A program made the translations under genes and the position numbers. The notes beneath the pieces were generated by a model. The model had not been told where the DNA came from. It saw nothing but the letters and a program-made list of their open reading frames with translations, and searched no databases. DNA of 21,094 nucleotides from the NCBI RefSeq assembly GCF_000281045.1, contig NW_008246122.1:305301-326394 (forward strand). The letters run 5' to 3'. Shown here one piece after another: positions 1 to 7,385 of the stretch (positions within the stretch are counted from its first letter, which is position 1; the number at the start of each line of letters is the position of its first letter). The stretch is from Saprolegnia diclina VS20. Taxonomy: Eukaryota.

Positions 1-1669
1 AGCTGCGTGCGATCCTGCTCCAGGACATCCAGGACCTCCAGGTCAACGCGGCGTCGGCGGCGCGGGTCCGGTACATGATGCGACTGCGACTGCGCCAGTC
101 GCCGCCCATCACGTATGTCTTTGAATTCAGCGGCGACGACGATCTGCAGCTCTTCAAGACGCAGCTCGGCCAGCGCCTCGTGCAGTCGTCGGCGACGCCG
201 GCGTCCAAGCAAGAAGGTGCATCTCGCTTGTCGCCTTCGTATATTCAAACCTATCTTCTAGTCATGTCGGAGACAGAGCGCAAGCAGCGCGCAGCGCTCT
301 TGGCCGCGCACCCCAACACGCTCAAGCGGCAGCACACGGACATGGTCACGGGCGGCCTCATCTCGGAGAGCGATTTTTGGAACTTGACGTGCCGGAAGCA
401 GCTGCTCATGACCGAGGCCGAGAAGCGGCAGAAGACGGGCAAGACGTCCGAGATCCTCACGGACGTTCAAGGCCAGAACCAAAGCGGCGAGCAAGCCGTC
501 AAGTACAATTTGAACCCGGAGATCATCCACCAGATCTTTGTGCAATACCCCGTCGTGTACATGGCGTACCAAGAGCAGGTGCCCGACAAGATGGACGGCG
601 TCGAGTTCTGGACCATGTTTGTCAAGAGCAAGTACGCGCACCGCGACCGGCTCAAGCACCAGCAGAGCGGCGTCGAGGACCTCTTTACCATTTACGAGGA
701 GAAATGGCAGAAGACGCAGACGACGCCGGCCGTCCAAGGGCTCGTGGACCCACTCGTGGACCTGACGGCGACCGCCCAAGACAATATTGTCAAGGCTAAT
801 ATTGCGCCGCCCGATATTACGGACACGAACATTGCCAAGTTCAACCGCCACGCTGCCGACGTCCTCAACGCCTCCGCGGCCATCCAGCCCAAGAAGAAGA
901 AGCCATTGGCTGCGAAGAAGGCTGACCTCGCCGAAGCCATTGTGATCGACGACCTCCAGGCGCCAGCTCCCGCGCCGTACATTCCGCTGAGCCTCGACAA
1001 CACGGCGCGATATTTTGAGCATGATGTCCGTACCAACTCGAAATGTTTCCCAAGTCTGAGGCGTCGATAGGAGCACTCGCTCGTGCACCGGTCGTTCATG
1101 CAGCAACTCGAGCCGGCCCAGCGCGCGTTCGAGCGCATGCTGAGCGCGCAGCCCAACTTGACGGCCGCGTTTCCCAAAGGTACCTTGTGCTTTGGACAAT
1201 TAATTTTTGGAAATTTTTGAAATATGACAATACGTAGGCTCGGTCGCAAACATTACGGCCGAGATCCTTGCCGAGAGCACGCAGAGTGCATCGAGCGAGG
1301 CCGTGACCAACCCGCGCTCCGAGCAGCACGCGCGGTTCATCCCAAAGTGCGTTTTTATTTTTTCGATTTTTGCAAGGGGTAGGGTTGAAGGGTTTCCTTT
1401 GATGTAGCGACTTCAAGACGTTGTTGACCAACCTCTTCCACGACGTGAACGAGCTCCTGCGTCACTACCTCAGCTTCAAGGAGAAGGTCGCCTCGGACGG
1501 GTCGCCCGAAGCGCGGCTCAAGCTCGAGCGCATCAAAGCGAAAATGGGCGAAAAGTGGGAGCATGTGGACCGCATGCGGCTCAAGCTCCCGCCCGCCGAA
1601 CGCACGTCGCTCGGCCCGCTCTTGCTGCCGCTCAGCGACCAGCTCAACATTCCGTTCTTGGACGATTAA
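1..1669 (+). CDS. GTF2H1: General transcription factor IIH subunit 1 (p62/Tfb1), 5'-truncated by the window edge
   Basis: Exons <1-216, 262-1025, 1071-1179, 1238-1346, 1408-1669 join in frame across GT..AG introns 217-261, 1026-1070, 1180-1237 and 1347-1407. The protein has a PH-like N-terminus (..QDLQVNAASAARVRYMMRL..), a BSD1-like segment (LKRQHTDMVTGGLISESDFW) and a BSD2-like segment (VKYNLNPEIIHQIFVQYPVVYMAYQEQVPDKMDGVEFWTMFVKSKY). It also has IAKFNRHAADVL, IDDL and a helical C-terminus (VNELLRHYLS), matching p62/Tfb1 architecture. Stop TAA at 1667-1669. Confidence 0.9.
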
Positions 1670-1880
1670 CGTTTTTCGATCAAAAGCAGCACGTTCAAAT
1701 GACACATTGATTCGTTTCATTGGGATAGGTGACACACCTAAGGACATTATTGTGCACGTTACGGGACTAGCGTCGAGCAACTCGCAATTCGCTCGCATTT
1801 GCAGTTCAAATATTGAAATATGGGGGACCGTTGCAGGCTATTATCAACCCGCGGCTATAACGGTCTCGCAACTTGACACT

Positions 1881-3209
1881 ATGGCAGGGTACGACGCAGG
1901 AGCTGCCCTCTGTCTCTTCATGCGAAGGCTGCTTTAGCCGCGGCAATATGTATGGGCAGAACCAGCGCAAGTACGCTCTCGACTTCAGTGGACGACGCTC
2001 ATGGTTCATGTACGCGTAGCGGTGCCAACCTCTATGGCCACAGCGCCTACGCCAACGAGTGGGCCAAGTTCACGTTGCTGCACTCGATCTCAGGAGGCGC
2101 GTAGGACCTTGCAGTCAATGCCATCGTCGTCCCAGCCACCGCCCGAAGCCCGCGGCCGAAGCTACGGTGGCGGCCAGAGCTCGTTCAACCCCTTCACCCA
2201 CGAAGGCCAAGGCCGGTATAACAACCCGTACGAGCAGCCGCCGCCGCCAACGTCGCAGACGATGCAGATCAACCAAGGCAGCGGGTTTCACTCGATGGGC
2301 CAAGGCCACCACCGGTATTCAGCTCTTCACTAGCACCACGGGCGATGCAAGTGTAGCCGGCGTGCTGAGCCCGCCGAGAATTACGAGGTTGTCTCGACGA
2401 GCTACCAGCCGCCAGCGTCGGAAAATGGCTACGGCAGCTACGCGCCAATAGAGCCACAGGGGTATGGCAGCTACGGCTATGATCCAAGCTACGGGCAGAC
2501 GTCACCAGGCGAGTACCAGCCGTCGTACGGTGCGTACTCGCAGGGCAGCGAAGGCTACAGCTACCCAGCGTACGGCGAGGCAGTCAAGCACCAGTACAAG
2601 ACATGCGGATGACGCTAAACATCAAATTCGACTGTCTGTAGGCCTGTGGACGCCGGTGGCAACAACAACTTTAGCAGCCCCAGCGACTATTACTACGCTG
2701 TAGACTACAACCATCGCATGCGATAAACCAATATGTTCACTGACGTAGACGCGTCCTCCGTCGGCGAGTCCCATGCCCGAGATGGTCTTTGACTCCAGTT
2801 GACTGCCTCGTATCTCATCTCTGTGGTTAGGACCGTCCGGTGTCGAGTAGCTCTTCTGTGCACTCTGTAGGAGCTCGTCTTCTTGCTTCGTCGGCTCAGT
2901 GAACGCTGGTGGTAGCGCCCCGTGTCGAGCTCGAGCCGCAGTGCCCTTGGCTCGGCAGGTGCCTCCATGGCCATGCACTCGATCCCCCACGTGGTTCTGA
3001 GAGTCGCGTTGACGCTAGCTCACGATGGACTGTAGGAGACGCACCAGTACGTGCCCAAGCTACAGCAATCGCTTGACGATCCGAGCCGCACATACGACAA
3101 TAACGCCAAGCCCGCGCCGCAGCTCTGGGGTGGGACTGGCAACTTTGGCCACTCGAGTACACGCATCTCACGTCCCCCTGGTGGCCACAGCCAAATTTCA
3201 TTTGGGTAA
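1881..3209 (+). CDS. Low-complexity Tyr/Gly/Ser/Gln-rich protein with C-terminal SPIRAL1/Jupiter-like PPGG motif (putative microtubule-associated protein)
   Basis: Ten exons (1881-1888, 1938-1970, 2020-2058, 2105-2314, 2357-2593, 2642-2699, 2749-2784, 2831-2866, 2916-2990, 3036-3209) separated by nine 42-49 nt GT..TAG introns give one continuous frame: MAGRGNMYGQNQRNGANLYGHSAYANETLQ...YGSYGYDPSYGQ...NFGHSSTRISRPPGGHSQISFG*. The small internal exons are less certain. Confidence 0.7.
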
Positions 3210-3386
3210 GTGCTAGCTCGACTTGAGAGAATCCTGCAATACAGACAAACTGAGTCTGGTCATCTTTCGTGGTTGACTTGACGAGCAACAAGGAGTCGTC
3301 TGAATGTCAGCAAACTGACTGAGATCGAGCATCGGTGTGGCCGTGACCACCCATCTACCAAAAGAGTGAGCGGGTGACGAATGAAT

Positions 3387-3476
3387 ATAAACTGGCCAGA
3401 GACGTTCTCTTAGCCATCACACCTACGACCATCAACTTGGCACTGCGTTCAAACCCTCAGATTCGCATGCGCTTCA
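3387..3476 (+). promoter_or_regulatory. Putative core promoter of the 3500-4042 gene, conserved with the paralog at 6105
   Basis: Blocks ATAAACTGGCC (3387-3397), ACCATCAA (3428-3435), AACCCTCAGATT (3452-3463) and TGCGCTTCA (3468-3476) recur in the same order upstream of ATG 6105. TCAGATT resembles the oomycete initiator (YCAYTYY-like). Confidence 0.55.
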
Positions 3477-3499
3477 TCCTCCGCACTTCCTTCTACACC

Positions 3500-4042
3500 A
3501 TGATCCAGCTCCTCTCGCTCGCTCTTATGTCGACAGCCATCGCCGCGGCGTCCCCGCCTACGGAATGCGGCTCTAAGTGCCTCTTTAGCTCGCTTCCCGC
3601 CTGCGCGGGCTGCGGCGGCGTCACCGAAAGCGGTGGCAACAACTTCAACAACGTTGGCGGCAACGACGTCCCAACGCCGATGCCTTCGGTGCCAACGCCG
3701 ATGCCGTCGGTGCCGACACCAGTGCCGTCGGTGCCGACACCAATGGCCTCAGTGCCGCATCCTGCTCCGTCCGTGCCCGCCACCAACGGTGTGCAAGGCG
3801 GTGGCCAGGGTAATGCACCAGGCATGATGCTGAACCAGCCGATGCTTACGGGTCTTGCTAACGCTGGGAACATGGGGGGCTTCTCGGGGGGCGTCAACAC
3901 TAACAACGGGCTGGGCAACTCGAACGGCTTTGGCAACTCGAACGGCTTTGGCAACTGGAACGGCTTTGGCAACTCGAACGGCTTTAGCAACTCGAATGGC
4001 GGCTACATGAACGGCCCCTCGAGCCCGCGCGGTCGTGACTAG
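3500..4042 (+). CDS. Secreted protein with N-terminal C-x3-C-x7-C-x2-C motif, VPTPMPS repeats and GNSNGF repeats (180 aa)
   Basis: Intronless ORF from ATG 3500. Signal-peptide-like MIQLLSLALMSTAIAAA, then ECGSKCLFSSLPACAGC, Pro-rich heptad repeats and a Gly/Asn-rich tail. Clear paralog of the 6105 gene (shared VPTPMPSVPTPMAS and GNAPGxxxNQPMLxG). Confidence 0.8.
   Translation: MIQLLSLALMSTAIAAASPPTECGSKCLFSSLPACAGCGGVTESGGNNFNNVGGNDVPTPMPSVPTPMPSVPTPVPSVPTPMASVPHPAPSVPATNGVQGGGQGNAPGMMLNQPMLTGLANAGNMGGFSGGVNTNNGLGNSNGFGNSNGFGNWNGFGNSNGFSNSNGGYMNGPSSPRGRD
3668..3778 (+). repeat. 21-bp coding tandem repeat (VPTPMPS, about 5 units)
   Basis: Units start at 3668, 3689, 3710, 3731 and 3752; consensus GTGCCRACRCCRATGCCGTCG. 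Confidence 0.9.
3914..4003 (+). repeat. 18-bp coding tandem repeat (GNSNGF, about 5 units)
   Basis: GGCAACTCGAACGGCTTT units at 3914, 3932, 3950 (GNWNGF variant), 3968 and 3986 (degenerate). Confidence 0.9.
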
Positions 4043-4293
4043 ACGCAGCGGTGACTCTACTGTACTAATATAACCAATCACGCCTTTTGTATCACTCGTA
4101 CGCAAACAAGCCTCCACTCACGCTTCTCTCCTCCATCCATACAATGTCAATTTTTCGTCGTGTTCCGTAGCACTATGGCCATCAATCTTACTTTGGCCTT
4201 GGCTGCGAGACGTCGTCTCATGGTCTTCTGTACCTTGGCCATCAAGGACAATGGCAATACACACAAGCCACGGTCAACGTCCGCGTTGGTCGC

Positions 4294-5573
4294 TTACTGG
4301 CGGTCAAACTTGACAGCGCCGAGCGTAAAGTCGTTGGAGCCCTCACTGCCTTTGGCCAGTACCTGGCCGAGCTCGGTGCCAATCAAGTGCGTGTTGGTGA
4401 TCTTGATGTCGCGCTGCTTCTTGACGCGCGCGACCTTGGCCTTGCTCTTGATGTGCAGCTTGCGCTTGGCGCGGTTGGCGTCAATGTTGGCCTGCGTCGT
4501 GAGGCCGCTCTGCACGAGCTTGCGCTCCAACGCCGCGCGGTCGGTGGGCCAGTCGCGGAGCGTGTCGCGCCATAGGTCGCGAATGTCGTTCGTGCACCCG
4601 TGCTTGAGAAGCGCGACGGTCCCAGCGCCTTTGCCAAACTTGGGCGCCAAGTCCCATTTTGGGTGGTGCATGTGGCCATGGCGGTGGTCTGGGAACGGCA
4701 TGTCCAGCGGCAAATGGTGCGCGTCAAACGTGAGCATGTACTTGGTTTTCTTGCTCGTGAGGTTGAGGTCCACCATGGACGAGACGCTCTTGTTCGTCAC
4801 GGTCGGGTGGATCGATGTGAACGGCTGCGGCGGGTTGCCCATCGGACCCTACGCGCACGCGACGGTGAGATTGGACCGACAGGCAATGATGACCTTTTTC
4901 TCAGCGTTCGAGACGCGGAACCAGTGGTCGCCGACGCGGACGGCGTCGCCGCGACGGAGCTCGGGCGTCACGTCGTGGTTGACGGTCGTGACGTAGCTGC
5001 CGCCCTCAACGGTCGCGAGCGCGCCGACCTGCGTGAAGAAGGAAAAGCCACGCGCGTAGTACACCTCGGTGCCTGTCTCCGTGTTCTTGATGCAGATGAT
5101 GTGGCCGGCGCGCGAGAGCTCGCGGAGGTCGTCCTCGACGCCGTTGTAGCAGTCCTTGAGGTCCGACGATGGAATGCCTTCGTTCACGCGCTTGAGGACG
5201 TGCTGCAGCTGGTCCTTGTCCTTGATGTCGTACTTGGCCTTGTATGCAAACGTGTCGTTGGCGACGCGGACCTTTGGGTTGTTGCGCAATCGGTCCGCGA
5301 CCTCGTCGATCGTGAGGTCGATGCCCGTGTGCTGGTAGATGTCTTGGATCGTCACGGGCTGGTGGTCCTTGATCGAGTTGAGGTACGTGAGGATGTTGTG
5401 GAGCCGCCCGACCACCGTCGTCGGGACGTCTACAAGGCAGCGACGGAGCATCTTACACCACAGCTGCATGCGCATGAGGTACCTGCGGTCGGGACGTCCG
5501 TGCCCGCCACCGTCACGGGCGCAGCAACCGGCGCCGAGACCGTCGGCTGCCCGTACGCGAGGTTCTTCCACAT
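4294..5573 (-). CDS. GTF2E2: Transcription initiation factor IIE subunit beta (Tfa2) with an inserted domain
   Basis: Exons 5573-5483, 5429-4894, 4848-4294; introns 5482-5430 and 4893-4849 (GT..TAG). Winged-helix 1: LHNILTYL...LRNNPKV...FAYKAKYDIKDKDQL. WH2: EGIPSSDLKDCY...DLRELSRAGHIICI. C-terminal TNDIRDLWRD...LERKLVQSGL, basic stretch and KITNTHL are typical of TFIIE beta. A GTAAGC donor overlapping the stop means a short extra 3' exon is possible. Confidence 0.88.
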
Positions 5574-5844
5574 GCTGGCAAAGCAGAATGATGGTGGAGC
5601 GACTAGTTGCACGCTCCTTTAGAAAAACGCAGCACGTTTTATGCATATACCGCAGGCGATCGGGCAACCGAAATGCGTTTAATACAGCATCGCCATTCTC
5701 TTCACCCAGTGGGGCGGACGTGGGTACTTTGCTACTTTCTACGATAAGTAGCGAGGGCAAGTGCCAGCTCACCAGCGCTCTATCCGAAGCTACTGTTTGG
5801 TTGCAAAGGGTGTGAGGTTGCGAGGTGCGAGAACCACATTCCCA

Positions 5845-5898
5845 ACGATACAGAATCTAGCCACTGTACGGCACGCCAGTGGCTAGATTCTGTATCGT
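5845..5898. repeat. Perfect 22-bp inverted repeat with 10-nt loop (hairpin/cruciform)
   Basis: ACGATACAGAATCTAGCCACTG (5845-5866), loop TACGGCACGC, then CAGTGGCTAGATTCTGTATCGT (5877-5898), the exact reverse complement. Confidence 0.95.
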
Positions 5899-5967
5899 AC
5901 CTTGACAGGTTGCCGTCTTCTTTTGACAGGAGAGACCGACAGTCCTTTGACCATCCTCTCAGCGCGC

Positions 5968-6078
5968 ATAAAATGGCCGCGAGCGAGCGACGTCACAACC
6001 ATCAAACGGACTGTCCTGTCCTTGCATCGATGCAGCATCCCGAGCGCCTCCAACCCTCAGATTTGCTTTTGCGCTTCA
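5968..6078 (+). promoter_or_regulatory. Putative core promoter of the 6105 gene, conserved with 3387-3476
   Basis: ATAAAATGGCC (5968-5978), ACCATCAA (5998-6005), AACCCTCAGATT (6052-6063), TGCGCTTCA (6070-6078). TCAGATTTGCTTTTGC resembles the oomycete INR+FPR arrangement. Confidence 0.55.
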
Positions 6079-6104
6079 CCACAACCTCCTCTTCCTCCTC
6101 TACA

Positions 6105-7284
6105 ATGGTCCAGATTCTCGCGCTCGTTTTCCTCTCGGCGGCCATGGCCGCGCCAGCACCCGAGTGCGCTTCGACGTGCGTCGCCAACTTTCTGCCGGGC
6201 TGCACCGGCTGCGGCGTCAACGGCTTTGCCACGGGCGGTGGTGCCATTGGCGGGGGCAACGCCAACGGCGGCAACATTGGCGGGGGCAACACCAACGGTG
6301 GCGTTCCGACGCCGATGCCGTCGGTGCCAACGCCGATGGCCTCGACGCCGCTTCCGTCGCCCGCGTCTTCGGTGCCCGCTGGCAACGGCATGAACAACCA
6401 ACAAGGCGGTGTGAGCCAGAACGGCAATGCGCCTGGTAGCACGATGAACCAGCCGATGCTCAACGGTATGGGCAACTCGATGTCGAATGGCAACAATGGC
6501 CTTGGCGGGCTCTCCAACACTGNNNNNNNNNNNNNNNNNNNNNNNNNNNNNNNNNNNNNNNNNNNNNNNNNNNNNNNNNNNNNNNNNNNNNNNNNNNNNN
6601 NNNNNNNNNNNNNNNNNNNNNNNNNNNNNNNNNNNNNNNNNNNNNNNNNNNNNNNNNNNNNNNNNNNNNNGCGGCGGTGGCATCAACGGCAACGGTATGA
6701 ACGGCGGCAACGGTATGAACGGCGGCGGTGACATGAGCGGCGGTGGCATCAACGGCAATGGTATGAACGGCGGCAACATGGGCTCAGGCAACAACGTGCC
6801 GTCGCCGACGCCAGCCATGTCGATGCCGACGTCCGATGGCTCGGCGCAACCCGCCAACGGTCTCGGCAACAACCTTCTCGGCGGCAACGGTATGAACGGC
6901 GCTGGCGGCAACGGGATGAACGGTGGCGGGATGATGGGCGGCAACGGTGCTGCCGGCAACGGCATGATGGGCGGCCTCGGTAACGCCATGAGCTCGATGG
7001 GCAACAACGCGCAGCTCGGCAATGGCGGGCAGACTGGCACGGGCGGTCTTGGGCAGATGGGCGGTATGGGCGGTACCGAGTCGCAGATGGCCGTGCAGAC
7101 GGCCGCACCGCCGACCGCAACGCCGAACGCGACGACCGCAGTCATGACAGTGCCGGCGCCGACCACAGAGCTGCTTCCAACGACGGAGGCGCCAGTGGCC
7201 GCCGTGTCCCGCAAGAGCGCGGGTGCGTCGCTTGCCGCGTCCATGATCTTGGCTGTCGGTGCTGCGGCGATCGCGCTGTTTTAA
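6105..7284 (+). CDS. Secreted, probably GPI-anchored Gly/Asn/Met-rich surface protein with N-terminal C-x3-C-x7-C-x2-C motif (spans assembly gap)
   Basis: Signal peptide MVQILALVFLSAAMA, then PECASTCVANFLPGCTGC and GGNGMN-type low complexity on both sides of the N gap. It continues into a Thr/Pro/Ala stalk (TAAPPTATPNATTAVMTVPAPTT) and a GPI-signal-like end (KSAGASLAASMILAVGAAAIALF*). The frame change across the gap is attributed to gap-size estimation. Confidence 0.8.
6523..6670. other. Assembly gap (148 N) inside a repetitive coding region
   Basis: Run of N flanked by GGCGGCAACGGTATGAAC-type repeats, consistent with a collapsed or unresolved tandem repeat. Confidence 0.98.
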
Positions 7285-7385
7285 AACAGTGTTTCGGCGA
7301 AACAGTGCATCATGTACCATACAAACACCATGTCTAATAAAACGCCAACTTGACGTTGCAGTTTTGGTTTCGAAAAATCTCGACC

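Noticed and set aside
258..1199. Long antisense ORFs (258-1199, 4160-4996, 4600-5622, 6057-7244, 14424-15251)
   Set aside because: Shadow frames opposite GC3-rich real exons, with no independent motifs.
3374..3499. Upstream extensions of ORFs 3374 and 5910 using non-ATG starts
   Set aside because: The context is eukaryotic. Signal peptides begin at ATG 3500 and ATG 6105, and the extensions overlap the conserved promoter blocks.
3668..4003. Short direct repeats as a possible CRISPR array
   Set aside because: No unique spacers, unit lengths are multiples of three, and they lie in frame within a coding sequence.
4028..4042. RGD-like adhesion motif at the C-terminus of the 3500 gene
   Set aside because: The sequence is RGRD, not RGD.
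6523..6670. Apparent frameshift or pseudogene in the 6105 gene
   Set aside because: The shift coincides with an N gap of estimated length; both flanks are intact.
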